DNA from: Bacteroidales bacterium
Lineage (GTDB): Bacteria > Bacteroidota > Bacteroidia > Bacteroidales > UBA12481
Direction: 5' to 3'
Assembly (NCBI GenBank): GCA_041662065.1
Contig: JBAZTE010000004.1
Coordinates: forward strand, 197,620-261,619
Length of the DNA stretch: 64,000 bases
Shown: piece by piece, positions 1-9,145 of the stretch
Numbering within the stretch: position 1 is the first letter of the stretch
How the letters are laid out: every line of letters starts with the position of its first letter
Notes under the pieces: model-generated
The model's input: the letters and a program-made list of their open reading frames with translations, nothing else
Told to the model about the DNA's origin: nothing
Database searches by the model: none
Position numbers and translations under genes: made by a program

Positions 1-1717
1 CGCAATTATTTAGCAATTTCAAAACTCCTTCGGCGTAATTCTGATACTTTTCGCTGATTGGTAGTACGATAGCCTGATCCGGGGTCAGCCAGATGGGGAA
101 CTTCCCGGCAGTGTGTTCAATCAGTACCGCCACAAACCGCTCCATCGATCCGAACGGCGCCCGGTGAATCATCACGGGCCGATGTTTCTGATTGTCCTGT
201 CCAATATACTCTAATTCAAAGCGTTCCGGCAGGTTATAATCCACCTGGATGGTACCCAGCTGCCACTTTCTCCCAATGGCATCCTTCACCATAAAATCGA
301 GCTTCGGTCCGTAAAAGGCAGCCTCGCCCGGAACAGTCACGCTTATCAACCCTTTTTCTTCGGCTACCTCGATAATAGCCTTCTCTGCTTTATCCCAGTT
401 TTCATCCGAGCCGATGTACTTATCGGGAGTATTCTTGTCGCGCAAAGAAATTTGCGTGGTAAAGTCTTTGAAATCAAGTGTTTTAAAGATATAAAGCACG
501 ATGTCGATTACCTTCGAAAACTCTTCCTTGATCTGGTCGGGACGGCAGAAAATATGTGCATCATCCTGGGTAAAGCCTCTCACCCGGGTCAACCCATGGA
601 GTTCACCACTTTGCTCATAGCGGTATACGGTACCGAACTCGGCCAAACGAACCGGCAGGTCTTTATAGGAGCGGGGCTTGTACTTGTAAATCTCACAGTG
701 GTGCGGACAGTTCATGGGTTTCAGCAGAAACTCCTCGCCTTCAACCGGGGTATGGATCGGCTGGAATGAGTCCTTGCCGTATTTGGCATAGTGACCGGAA
801 GTCACATACAACTCCTTTTGTCCGATATGCGGGGTCATCACCCCTTCATACCCATATTCTTTCTGTATTTTTTTCAGGAAGTTTTCCAGGCGCTCCCTCA
901 GTGCGGCACCTTTCGGCAACCACAAGGGCAAACCGCTGCCTACCCGGGCGCTGAAAGTGAACAGCTCCAGGTCGCGGCCCACTTTCCGGTGATCACGCTT
1001 TTTGGCTTCCTCCAGCAATACCAGATATTCATCGAGCATGCTTTTCTTCGGGAAAGTGATGCCGTAAATGCGGGTGAGCTGCTTGCGCTTCTCGTCGCCG
1101 CGCCAGTAAGCGCCGGCCAGACTGACCACCTTGATGGCCTTGATGGGCGAGGTATCCGGCAGGTGAGGCCCGCGGCACAGATCGGTAAACGATCCATGTT
1201 TATAAAGCGTGATGGTTCCGTCTTCCAGATCGCTGATCAGTTCCACCTTGTATTCGTCGCCTTTGGCTTTAAACAGGTCGAGAGCCTCTTTCTTGGTGAT
1301 GTCCTCGCGGTTGAATGCTGATTTTTTTGCCGCCAGCTCGATCATCTTATGCTCGATATCGATTAGCTCATTCTCCGATAAAGCCTTATCTCCGAGGTCG
1401 ATATCATAATAAAAGCCGCTCTCGATAGCCGGACCGATACCGAATTTTGTTCCCGGATAAAGGTTCTCGATCGCTTCAGCCATCAGATGCGCCGATGAGT
1501 GCCAGAAAGCATGCTTGCCCTCGGCATCATCCCACTTGTGCAAACGGATGGTGGAGTCTATATTGATAGGCCGCGTGAGGTCGATCACCTCACCGTTGAC
1601 GGTTATGGCCAGCACTTCTTTGGCCAACTGCGGACTCAGACTCAGCGCGATTTCCAGACCGGTAGTTCCGACGGGGTATTCCTTGACACGGCCATCGGGG
1701 AAAGTTATATTGATCAT
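1..1717 (-). CDS. thrS: threonine--tRNA ligase; the 3' end runs off the left edge of the window
   Basis: I translated the minus strand from the ATG (complement of 1715-1717): [74 protein letters not shown]. This is the ThrRS domain order. It is absent from the ORF track because it is open at the window edge. Confidence 0.95.
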   Translation of the reverse strand, partial: MINITFPDGRVKEYPVGTTGLEIALSLSPQLAKEVLAITVNGEVIDLTRPINIDSTIRLHKWDDAEGKHAFWHSSAHLMAEAIENLYPGTKFGIGPAIESGFYYDIDLGDKALSENELIDIEHKMIELAAKKSAFNREDITKKEALDLFKAKGDEYKVELISDLEDGTITLYKHGSFTDLCRGPHLPDTSPIKAIKVVSLAGAYWRGDEKRKQLTRIYGITFPKKSMLDEYLVLLEEAKKRDHRKVGRDLELFTFSARVGSGLPLWLPKGAALRERLENFLKKIQKEYGYEGVMTPHIGQKELYVTSGHYAKYGKDSFQPIHTPVEGEEFLLKPMNCPHHCEIYKYKPRSYKDLPVRLAEFGTVYRYEQSGELHGLTRVRGFTQDDAHIFCRPDQIKEEFSKVIDIVLYIFKTLDFKDFTTQISLRDKNTPDKYIGSDENWDKAEKAIIEVAEEKGLISVTVPGEAAFYGPKLDFMVKDAIGRKWQLGTIQVDYNLPERFELEYIGQDNQKHRPVMIHRAPFGSMERFVAVLIEHTAGKFPIWLTPDQAIVLPISEKYQNYAEGVLKLLNNC

Positions 1718-1740
1718 AATGAGTGTGTAAGCAGGTTAAA

Positions 1741-1880
1741 ACCCTCAGCCTGAAGGCTGGGGTTAGTATAGTCTATCGATTTAGTCCTATTTCCTATTAT
1801 CATTATTCATAGACAGTTATGGTCAGACCAGCAACGTATGATCGGCAGAGTTCACTAACCCCAGCCTTCAGGCTGGGGGG
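1741..1880. repeat. composite element bounded by two inverted GC hairpin units (CCCyCAGCCTGAAGGCTGGGGTTAGT ... ACTAACCCCAGCCTTCAGGCTGGGG)
   Basis: The hairpins at 1741-1767 and 1843-1880 are in opposite orientation. The motif CGGCAGAGTTCACTAACCCC recurs, reverse-complemented, at 19216-19235. Confidence 0.6.
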
Positions 1881-1938
1881 TGCCGATCGTATGGGAGTAT
1901 ACAGGCATAGGGGCGCAGACCTCAGGCCGGTAAATAAG

Positions 1939-1965
1939 TAACCCCGGACTGAAGCCCGGGGTTAG
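1939..1965. repeat. third hairpin of the same family (TAACCCCGGACTGAAGCCCGGGGTTAG), directly 3' of tRNA-Leu
   Basis: Stem CCCCGG..CCGGGG flanked by TAAC/GTTAG. It abuts the tRNA 3' end at 1966 and may act as a terminator. Confidence 0.5.
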
Positions 1966-2049
1966 TGCCCAGAACAGGAATCGAACCTGCACATCCTTGC
2001 GAATACTAGTCCCTGAAACTAGCGCGTCTACCAATTTCGCCATCTGGGC
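1966..2049 (-). tRNA. tRNA-Leu (anticodon CAG), class II with a long variable arm
   Basis: The reverse complement GCCCAGATGGCGAAATTGGTAGACGCGCTAGTTTCAGGGACTAGTATTCGCAAGGATGTGCAGGTTCGATTCCTGTTCTGGGCA folds as a cloverleaf. Anticodon loop TTCAGGG, T-loop TTCGATT. Confidence 0.9.
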
Positions 2050-2071
2050 GTTTTTCAAAAAGAACGACTCG

Positions 2072-2155
2072 TGCCCAGGACAAGAATCGAACTTGCACAA
2101 CCTTACGATTACATGGCCCTCAACCATGCGCGTCTACCATTTCCGCCACCTGGGC
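2072..2155 (-). tRNA. tRNA-Leu (anticodon GAG), class II
   Basis: Reverse complement GCCCAGGTGGCGGAAATGGTAGACGCGCATGGTTGAGGGCCATGTAATCGTAAGGTTGTGCAAGTTCGATTCTTGTCCTGGGCA. Anticodon loop TTGAGGG. Confidence 0.9.
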
Positions 2156-2184
2156 TAAGGGTGTGCAAAGATAAATATTTTTTG

Positions 2185-3045
2185 TTATTTCCAAAGTGCC
2201 AGCAGATCTTGTACCTGAAAAGATCGGATTTCACTGTCCGAATTCACATAGTCCTCTGCCAGCCGCTCAAGGCAGATCCTGATGAAATGGATATTCGGTC
2301 TTGGTTCATAGTTAGTTGCCTTCAGCGGAAGCGACTGCCGGATCAAAAATGTGGTGATATCATCGCGCGAATGAAGCGACCCTTTATCCCCCGGATTGAT
2401 GTAAAAAAGCACGTCAAAAAGTTCGGGATCGATACTGGCCTCGGTGATCAGCGGCATATCCACATACGCCAGGATCGGGTATTCAGGCATCTCTACCACA
2501 TATACCGGCAGGTCAAGTTCCTGGGCAACAATGGCATACAGCAAAACGAGCGAATGTTCGTTGGCCTTGCCCGATTCCAGCACCCGGTTGATGAAATTAT
2601 TGCCGGCGGATTCAGGATGTTTTTCATTCAGGCGGATCCTCCCTTTATCGAAAAACAACCGGTTAAATACCCTGATTTTCTCAATTGCAGTCAATGATTC
2701 AGATATCTCCAGCCAGATAGCCTCCCTCATGGGCTTGATCATCCGGGTAAACTCCTCCGGTTTCATATCCGGGAACTGGTAGCGCGTCATCAGCCAGGCG
2801 CCATGGATGAGTTTCGGTACACGGCTGCTGAGCCACTCCCTGAACTCCGTTTTTAGTTGCGCGAACTGCAATATCTTGACCAGTTCCTCGATATGCCCGT
2901 GCAGCACCGGCGACAGCGTATCCCGCGCCGCCTGCTCCAGCTCCGGCAGCATGGCAGGCCCCACCTCCAGAATTTTCTGGCTGACAGTCTCGAACACCAC
3001 TTTGTCCGGGTCATCGAGTAACTTTATAAGTGCCTCTTCGTTCAT
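2185..3045 (-). CDS. transglutaminase-like (SirB1/UPF0162, Transglut_core2-type) family protein
   Basis: 286-aa ORF. The segment AGNNFINRVLESGKANEHSLVLLYAIVAQELDLPVYVVEMPEYPILAY resembles the Transglut_core2 core, recognised from memory only. Confidence 0.5.
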   Translation of the reverse strand: MNEEALIKLLDDPDKVVFETVSQKILEVGPAMLPELEQAARDTLSPVLHGHIEELVKILQFAQLKTEFREWLSSRVPKLIHGAWLMTRYQFPDMKPEEFTRMIKPMREAIWLEISESLTAIEKIRVFNRLFFDKGRIRLNEKHPESAGNNFINRVLESGKANEHSLVLLYAIVAQELDLPVYVVEMPEYPILAYVDMPLITEASIDPELFDVLFYINPGDKGSLHSRDDITTFLIRQSLPLKATNYEPRPNIHFIRICLERLAEDYVNSDSEIRSFQVQDLLALWK

Positions 3046-3062
3046 AATTTGTTCGTTAAGAT

Positions 3063-3179
3063 TTGAACGCGGATTATCGCGGGTCCCTTCGGGAGCGCGG
3101 ATTTTCGCAGATTTTTAAAAATTAAAAAGACCCGTCTTAATCCGCGTTGCCGAAGGCATCCGCATAAATCCGCGTTCAA
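3063..3179. repeat. roughly 117-bp imperfect palindromic GCGGAT-rich element, copy A
   Basis: The outer arms TTGAACGCGGATT / AATCCGCGTTCAA are a perfect 13-bp inverted repeat. The right half is about 85% identical by eye to 4715-4768. Confidence 0.6.
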
Positions 3180-3183
3180 TTCT

Positions 3184-4053
3184 TCATACCACCGCATCAA
3201 GCATGTTAGCTATAAGTTTATCAAGTAACGGGTTGTAGTCGCCGATGAAGCTGCCGGCCATGCGGTTGGCGATGATCAGGCAGACCGTGAGCGCATCGTG
3301 GCCCAGGATCTCAGCAAGGCCATAGAGGGCCGACGATTCCATTTCGAAATTGCTGGTTCGCAGTTCCCCGAACCGGAATGCCTGCAGCCGTTCATTCAAA
3401 TCGGGTACCGCCAACGGAGCACGCAGCCGCCGGCCTTGCGGACCATAAAATCCATGCGCGGAAACGGTGATGCCGGCTGTGCTGAACGGTTCAACCAGCT
3501 TCAGCAGCCGCTTCGAACCCTGCACCACGTAAGGTTTCGGTAATTGCTCAGGCCACCGCACCGACTCCAGGAACGATCTTTCAAAACGAGCCCGTAACGT
3601 GTCCGGTGTCCGTTGATAATATTTCATGACCCCATCCAGGCCCACCGACCACACCGATGACACCGCGGTACCTGCCTCAAGGTCGGGCTGCAGTGAACCC
3701 GAGGTGCCGATACGGATCAGGTTCAGCTTGCGTTTAACCGGCTTATCCTGCCTTAAATCCAAATCGATATTGGCCAGCGCATCCAGCTCATTCACCACGA
3801 TATCGATATTGTCGGTACCGATGCCGGTGCTGACCACCATTATTTTATCATGGTGATAATAACCGGAGATGGAGATGAATTCGCGATTCTCCGCGAGCTT
3901 TTCCAAGTTCTCCAGATGCCGCCCCACGAATTCCACCCGGCCCGGATCGCCCACCAGCAGTATGGTATCGGAGATCTGGTCCGGACAGAGCCTCAGATGA
4001 AAAATGGATCCGTCGGGATGTAATATAAGTTCTGATTCGCTGTAGATGGTCAT
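3184..4053 (-). CDS. nucleoside phosphorylase (PNP/UDP family, uridine-phosphorylase-like)
   Basis: 289 aa. Contains LLVGDPGR, IRIGTSGSL and FEMESSALYGLA motifs typical of the PNP_UDP_1 fold. Confidence 0.8.
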   Translation of the reverse strand: MTIYSESELILHPDGSIFHLRLCPDQISDTILLVGDPGRVEFVGRHLENLEKLAENREFISISGYYHHDKIMVVSTGIGTDNIDIVVNELDALANIDLDLRQDKPVKRKLNLIRIGTSGSLQPDLEAGTAVSSVWSVGLDGVMKYYQRTPDTLRARFERSFLESVRWPEQLPKPYVVQGSKRLLKLVEPFSTAGITVSAHGFYGPQGRRLRAPLAVPDLNERLQAFRFGELRTSNFEMESSALYGLAEILGHDALTVCLIIANRMAGSFIGDYNPLLDKLIANMLDAVV

Positions 4054-4162
4054 ATTATGGGTAAATATTCCGAACTAAAATACACAATGCAAAGGCATCA
4101 TGCTCACGCTTGATGAACCTTTTTTCTAATTTTATCGCCAAAATGATTAATTTTTGACCAAT

Positions 4163-4621
4163 ATGATTCAAAGAATACAAACCATTTACCTGCTGATCAG
4201 CCTCATCGCCTGGACCATGCTCTTTTTCTTCCCGTTCATCGGGTTCACCCAGGATGCCGGCGAAGCGTGGAAACTTTATGCCGGCGGCATCAAGGAAGTG
4301 GCTACCGGAAAAGTGCTGATGGTAACCCTGCCGATGGTCATCCTGTTCGTGCTGGTTGAACTGCTGACCCTGTTTTCCGTAATAACCTACAAGCTCAGGG
4401 CCTTCCAATTGAGGCTCACCGTCCTGTCCATGATGCTCCAGATACTATCTTATGGCATTATCGCCTTATATGTCATCCAGGGTAAAAACCTTCTCAACGC
4501 CCATCCCGCACTGCTCTTCTTCTCCGCCATGCCTCTGGTCGCCGCCATCTGCAGCTTCCTCGCCTTCCGCGGCATCCGTCGCGACATGCTTCTGCTGCGA
4601 GGGCTCGATCGGTTGCGGTAA
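4163..4621 (+). CDS. DUF4293-type small membrane protein
   Basis: The MIQRIQTIYLLISLIAW start and four hydrophobic helices are characteristic of a Bacteroidota family. I prefer the ATG at 4163 over the ORF-track start at 4154. Confidence 0.6.
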   Translation: MIQRIQTIYLLISLIAWTMLFFFPFIGFTQDAGEAWKLYAGGIKEVATGKVLMVTLPMVILFVLVELLTLFSVITYKLRAFQLRLTVLSMMLQILSYGIIALYVIQGKNLLNAHPALLFFSAMPLVAAICSFLAFRGIRRDMLLLRGLDRLR

Positions 4622-4655
4622 AATAGATGATGGACGTGGGGAAAATTGATGATGG

Positions 4656-4768
4656 CATGCGGATGACGCGGATGCCTGCGGCAGCGCGGATTAAGACGGA
4701 TTTTTTATTATTTAAAGATCCGCGAAAATCAGCGTTACCGAAGGTACCCGCGTAAATCCGCGTTCCAA
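4656..4768. repeat. GCGGAT-rich palindromic element, copy B
   Basis: Shares ..CGCGGATTAAGACGGATTTTTT.. and ..CCGAAGG.ACCCGCGTAAATCCGCGTTCCAA with copy A. Lies between the convergent genes DUF4293 and pyrI. Confidence 0.6.
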
Positions 4769-4776
4769 TCTTCTTC

Positions 4777-5259
4777 TCAGTGTATCTCCAAATGCTCTGC
4801 GTCAGTAATCTTCTCGCAGTACCTGCACTTTAGCGCCACGGGGCTTTTGTGGACCACATCGAAGCGCGTGACCATCTGCTCGTGATTGCTGATGCACTTG
4901 GGATTCATGCACTTGGCGATGCCGGTGATGGTATCGGGTACCACGACCACCCGCTTTTCAATGACCTCGTAGTCGCGGATGATATTCAGCTTGGCATCCG
5001 GAGCCACCAGTGATATCTTATTGAGGTCCTCATCCTTGAAAAAGATCTCGGCCACCTTGATAATGGCTTTCTTGCCGAGTTTCTTGCTCTCCAGGTTGAA
5101 CCCGAAGGTGACCTGCTGGTCGATCTTGTTGAGACCCAATATATTGATTACGCTGAACAGGCTCTGCGAGGGGATATGGTCGATGACGGTGCCGTTCTTG
5201 ATGGCATTGACTTTCAGTTCTTTCTTGGCTTCCATGGTTGCAGAAATTTTACTTGACAC
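4777..5259 (-). CDS. pyrI: aspartate carbamoyltransferase regulatory subunit
   Basis: [14 protein letters not shown] plus a C-terminal Zn-binding region CxxxxC..CxxC ([18 protein letters not shown]). Lies immediately downstream of pyrB. The start could instead be the internal Met at 5235. Confidence 0.9.
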   Translation of the reverse strand: MSSKISATMEAKKELKVNAIKNGTVIDHIPSQSLFSVINILGLNKIDQQVTFGFNLESKKLGKKAIIKVAEIFFKDEDLNKISLVAPDAKLNIIRDYEVIEKRVVVVPDTITGIAKCMNPKCISNHEQMVTRFDVVHKSPVALKCRYCEKITDAEHLEIH

Positions 5260-6157
5260 CTAATATTTTCGAAATGATCGCCATCCGGGTATACACCCCG
5301 TTTTGTGCCTGCTGGAAATAATAGGCCTTGGGGTTAGCATCCACATCATAATTGATCTCGTTGACCCTCGGTAGCGGATGCAGAATCTTCATATTGGGTT
5401 TAGTGTTGGCCAGCATGGAATTCCTCAGGATATACACGTTTTTAACTTTCTCATATTCAAGTGGATCGGAGAAGCGTTCTTTCTGTACCCGGGTCATATA
5501 TACGATATCGGCATCGGCCATGTTATCGGCCAAATCCTTGTATTCATGGTATTCAACACCTTTCTTGTCGAGCAAAATCTTGTATTCCTGAGGCATCTTG
5601 AGTTCATCGGGGGCGATGAAAATGAACACCGGGTTGAAATCCGCCATGGCAATCAGCAGCGAATGCACGGTGCGGCCATATTTAAGGTCACCGATCATGC
5701 AGATTTTCAGATTTTCCAGCCGGCCCTGTGTTTTGCGGATGGAATACATGTCGAGCAGCGTCTGTGTGGGGTGCTGATGGGCGCCGTCGCCTGCATTCAC
5801 GATTGGCACGGGCGATACCTCGCTCGCATATTTGGCGCTGCCCTCCAGCGGATGGCGCATCACGATGAGATCGCTGTAATTGGATACCGTGAGGATGGTG
5901 TCTTTCAGCGTTTCCCCTTTGGAGGTGCTCGATGAGGCGGAATCCGAGAAGCCGATCACCCGGCCGCGCAAACGGTTCACGGCCGACTCAAAACTCAGGC
6001 GTGTGCGGGTCGACGGTTCAAAAAACAGGGTGGCCACCACATGTCCTTTCAGGATATCCTGGTTGGGCTTCTTTTCAAATTCAGCTGCAAGGTCCAGGAT
6101 CTGCAGCATCTCATCCTGATTGTAATCAGTGATGGATACAAGGCTTCTTCCTTTCAT
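5249..6157 (-). CDS. pyrB: aspartate carbamoyltransferase catalytic subunit
   Basis: 302 aa with the [17 protein letters not shown] and HPLPR signature motifs. Confidence 0.95.
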   Translation of the reverse strand: MKGRSLVSITDYNQDEMLQILDLAAEFEKKPNQDILKGHVVATLFFEPSTRTRLSFESAVNRLRGRVIGFSDSASSSTSKGETLKDTILTVSNYSDLIVMRHPLEGSAKYASEVSPVPIVNAGDGAHQHPTQTLLDMYSIRKTQGRLENLKICMIGDLKYGRTVHSLLIAMADFNPVFIFIAPDELKMPQEYKILLDKKGVEYHEYKDLADNMADADIVYMTRVQKERFSDPLEYEKVKNVYILRNSMLANTKPNMKILHPLPRVNEINYDVDANPKAYYFQQAQNGVYTRMAIISKILGVK

Positions 6158-6271
6158 GGGTCGGTGTTTTTTAAAGCGAAGTTTTGTAAAAATAGCTTAA
6201 CCCCGATGGTTTTGCATTATAAACCTTGGAGATGTTTTAACAATTTTATCCACAACGGCTACGTGGGTATA

Positions 6272-6310
6272 ATCGACAGCAGTGTCATTCCCGCGAAAGC
6301 GGGAACCGCC
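6272..6310. repeat. GC hairpin repeat ATCGAyAG.AGTGTCATyCCCGCGAAAGCGGGrACCGCC (copy 1 of 3)
   Basis: Stem TCCCGC/GCGGGA. About 41 nt match the reverse complement of 14503-14540, and the core also occurs at 16686-16710. Abuts the yigZ stop codon. Confidence 0.65.
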
Positions 6311-6910
6311 TCACGCTGGCAGTATTTTAACCATTTCCACCCTTCCCAATTGCCCAACCAACCCCTCCGCCGCACCCTCTCTGACCTGAACCGTCATCTT
6401 GCAGTCGATCGCGAAATCCTGTGAAATGATTTCAGCTTTCGAATCCTTGATGAGGTGCATGACCTCATTCATGGCCGGGTACTGAAAGGCGATGGAAATG
6501 CGGGTATTGAATGTTTTTTCGATAATAATTGCGGTTTGCAGACTTTCCTTCGCTGCGGTTCGATAAGAGGTAATGAGACCGCCGACCCCAAGCAATATCC
6601 CCCCGAAATACCGGATCACCACGATCAGGACATTGGTGAGTTCATAAGATTGGATTTGTCCGAGTATGGGCTTTCCGGCCGAATTTGCCGGCTCCCCGTC
6701 ATCATTTACTCGGTAACATGTATCCCCCTTGCCGATACGGTATGCATAACAGTGATGCCGCGCATCGTGAAATTCCTTCCGCAAGGCAGCCAGAATATCC
6801 TTCACCTCGTCGACCGATTCCACCGGGTACGCCCGGGCAATAAACCGGCTGCCCTTTGATTTGTAAAGGCCGTCGGAGGGTTGTCGGATGGTTTTGTAGG
6901 TGTCGGACAT
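6311..6910 (-). CDS. YigZ/IMPACT (UPF0029) family protein
   Basis: 199 aa. KGSRFIA..HHCYAYRIG..DDGEP.. matches the IMPACT N-terminal domain pattern. Confidence 0.85.
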   Translation of the reverse strand: MSDTYKTIRQPSDGLYKSKGSRFIARAYPVESVDEVKDILAALRKEFHDARHHCYAYRIGKGDTCYRVNDDGEPANSAGKPILGQIQSYELTNVLIVVIRYFGGILLGVGGLITSYRTAAKESLQTAIIIEKTFNTRISIAFQYPAMNEVMHLIKDSKAEIISQDFAIDCKMTVQVREGAAEGLVGQLGRVEMVKILPA

Positions 6911-6950
6911 AGGTGGGGTAAAGGTAGCGGAAATCGTGAAGCGGAAGAAA

Positions 6951-7001
6951 AGATCGGTGGACGAAGAAGAAGATCGGTGGACGAAAGAAAGATCGGTGGA
7001 C
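6951..7001. repeat. three direct copies of AGATCGGTGGAC spaced 19-20 nt apart
   Basis: Copies at 6951-6962, 6971-6982 and 6990-7001, each preceded by a GAAGAA-like spacer. They lie in the divergent region between yigZ and hicB. Confidence 0.7.
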
Positions 7002-7124
7002 CCGTCACGGCTAGTAGGATTTCTGTTGCAGGAACCGGCTGACTGACCGTGACCTTAAGCAGGAGCTGTCAATCATAACATTGTCTAAAGTATATTCATA
7101 TTAAAATGATGTAGCTTTGTAATC

Positions 7125-7337
7125 ATGAAAACATTGAAATACATAATTTATAAGGAAGGGAAACATTTTGTTTCCCAATGCCTTAACGTTGATATTGCCA
7201 GTTTTGGCAGTACAGTCGAAGAAGCTGCAAGCAATTTAAAGGAGGCGTTGGATTTGTATTTTGAAGATGATTCGGCAAAGCATAAATACAGAAAAATTCA
7301 GGACACTCTTGTTGGTGAATTGAGCATTCGATTTTAA
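7125..7337 (+). CDS. hicB: HicB-family antitoxin (short form)
   Basis: 70 aa. The pattern YKEGKHFVSQCLNVDIASFGSTVEEAASNLKEALDLYFED fits HicB/UPF0150. Its stop overlaps the hicA start (TAATG). Confidence 0.75.
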   Translation: MKTLKYIIYKEGKHFVSQCLNVDIASFGSTVEEAASNLKEALDLYFEDDSAKHKYRKIQDTLVGELSIRF

Positions 7338-7546
7338 TGACTAAACTTCCTTCATCCAGAGAAGTTATTTCGATTTTAGAAAGAAATGGCTTTGTTTTCA
7401 TTAGCCAAAAGGGCAGTCACTTGAAATTTAATAAAGGAGTCTTTACAGTTATCGTTCCTGCGGCACGTAAGGAAATTCCAATCGGAACATATAAATCGAT
7501 CGTTAGACAGTCCGGATTAAGCGAATCCGAATTCCGGAATTATTGA
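7337..7546 (+). CDS. hicA: HicA-family mRNA interferase toxin
   Basis: 69 aa. LPSSREVISILERNGFVFISQKGSHLKF is the YcfA/HicA signature. Confidence 0.85.
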   Translation: MTKLPSSREVISILERNGFVFISQKGSHLKFNKGVFTVIVPAARKEIPIGTYKSIVRQSGLSESEFRNY

Positions 7547-7576
7547 TGTAGAGACGTGCGGTCGCGCGTCTCTACA
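7547..7576. terminator. hairpin TGTAGAGACGTGCG-GT-CGCGCGTCTCTACA between convergent genes
   Basis: Stem of about 13 bp. A related GTAGAGACGTGCC..GGCACGTCTC hairpin occurs at 12279-12300. Confidence 0.5.
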
Positions 7577-7991
7577 TATTATTGCCAAGGTTTTCCAGCA
7601 ATCTATTTGTCTGATCTGCCAGAAATAGCGGTATGTTCAGCAGGCCGCTGTCAAACCGGAGATTCTGAAGAGAGAACCGGATACTTATTGGTGGCTGAAA
7701 TTGTCGCTGATATAGGGTGAGGCTCCTGCTCCTGATGCTTTCACCGGACTTAACCTCCACAGGAATAATATGATTTTTATGCTGTATTAAAAAGTCAACT
7801 TCGGCCTGGTTACCGGAAGTCCAATATCGCGGTATCACCTCAAATTGATTGACCATGCTTTGCAAGATGTAGTTCTCAGAGAGGGAACCCTTGAATTCAG
7901 TAAACAGGCGGTTCCCCTCTTTTGCTTCATGATGTCCCTCTCGATATTCATTTAATCTCATTTTAAGTGCGAATAACGTGATAATTATCAC
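7572..7991 (-). pseudogene. C-terminal fragment of an AAA ATPase with a DUF4143 domain
   Basis: Only about 120 aa of the C-terminal DUF4143-like part are present (..YWTSGNQAEVDFLIQHKNHIIPVEVKSGE..). There is no Walker A/B region upstream. Confidence 0.6.
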
Positions 7992-8033
7992 ATAATTGGC
8001 ATTTATAAGAAAAGATCGTCCCCCGATTTCCCC

Positions 8034-8063
8034 TTGAAATCCCGAATTATCCTGTTAAGTTTG
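8034..8063 (+). promoter_or_regulatory. candidate Bacteroidota-type promoter for rhaT-rhaA
   Basis: TAAGTTTG at 8056-8063 matches the TAnnTTTG -7 consensus, 24 nt before the rhaT ATG. A cTTG lies 19 nt upstream at 8033-8036, which is -33-like. Confidence 0.4.
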
Positions 8064-8086
8064 AAATCTTACAATAACGACCAAAC

Positions 8087-9145
8087 ATGAACGCACTGCT
8101 CGGAGTCATCTTTCATTCGATCGGCGGATTTGCATCCGGAAGTTTTTACATGCCATTCAATAAAGTGAAGGGCTGGGCCTGGGAGAGTTACTGGATTATC
8201 GGCGGATTATTTTCCTGGCTCATCGTGCCGCCGCTGGCCGCCTGGCTCACCGTGCCCGGATTCGCCGAAATCATCGCCGCCACCTCCGGCAGGATCATCT
8301 CAATCACCATCATGATGGGACTTTTGTGGGGAATCGGCGGATTAACATACGGACTCGGCGTTAGGTACTTGGGGATGTCGCTCGGGAATTCCATTATTTT
8401 GGGTTTGTGCTCGGCTTTCGGGGCGCTGGTACCCTCTATATATTATACCATCAACCCGACCGCCGGAAAAATATCTTTCACCGATATGCTGGCTAACCAG
8501 GGCGGACAGCTGGTGCTCATCGGAGTAGCCATCTGCCTGGCCGGTATCGCCATCACGGGTAAGGCCGGGATGATGAAGGAGCGGGAGATCGCCGGCAAGG
8601 AAGGCACCCGAACGGCCGACCAGGAGTTCAGCATCGTCAAAGGATTGATCATCGCCGTAATATCCGGAGTACTTAGCTCATTCTTCAATTTCGGCATCGA
8701 GGCAGGCAAGCCGATGGCCGAAGCAGCCGTAACCGCCGGGTTCAATCCGCTGTTCCAGAATAACGTCACCTTCGTGGTGCTGCTCTGGGGCGGACTCACC
8801 ACCAACCTCATCTGGACCACTATCCTGAACATTAAAAACCGCACCTACGGCAATTATGTCGATAAAGCCAAACCGCTGTTCAATAATTACCTTTTTTCCG
8901 CGATGGCCGGCACCATGTGGTTTATGCAGTTCTTCTTTTACGGGATGGGGGAGAGCAAACTCGGCAACGGCGCCAGCTCCTGGATCCTGCATATGTCGAC
9001 GATCATCCTCACCGCCAACATGTGGGGTATTTACCGTAAGGAATGGAAGGGCGTATCTTCCCCAACCATCCGCACTTTTGTCATCGGAATCGCAGTCATT
9101 ATATTGTCAGTGTTTATTGTCGGGATAGGAAATTCAATCAAATGA
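8087..9145 (+). CDS. rhaT: L-rhamnose/H+ symporter
   Basis: 352 aa, colinear with E. coli RhaT (GGFASGSFYMPFNKVKGWAWESYW.. versus ..[20 protein letters not shown]..). Confidence 0.9.
   Translation: MNALLGVIFHSIGGFASGSFYMPFNKVKGWAWESYWIIGGLFSWLIVPPLAAWLTVPGFAEIIAATSGRIISITIMMGLLWGIGGLTYGLGVRYLGMSLGNSIILGLCSAFGALVPSIYYTINPTAGKISFTDMLANQGGQLVLIGVAICLAGIAITGKAGMMKEREIAGKEGTRTADQEFSIVKGLIIAVISGVLSSFFNFGIEAGKPMAEAAVTAGFNPLFQNNVTFVVLLWGGLTTNLIWTTILNIKNRTYGNYVDKAKPLFNNYLFSAMAGTMWFMQFFFYGMGESKLGNGASSWILHMSTIILTANMWGIYRKEWKGVSSPTIRTFVIGIAVIILSVFIVGIGNSIK

Noticed and set aside
2071-2697. Plus-strand 208-aa ORF
   Set aside because: It starts inside tRNA-Leu(GAG) and runs antisense to the transglutaminase-like gene.
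9043-9141. Upstream extension of rhaA given in the ORF track
   Set aside because: It lies wholly within rhaT. Colinearity with E. coli RhaA begins at MSTTDL (9142), which overlaps the rhaT stop as ATGA.
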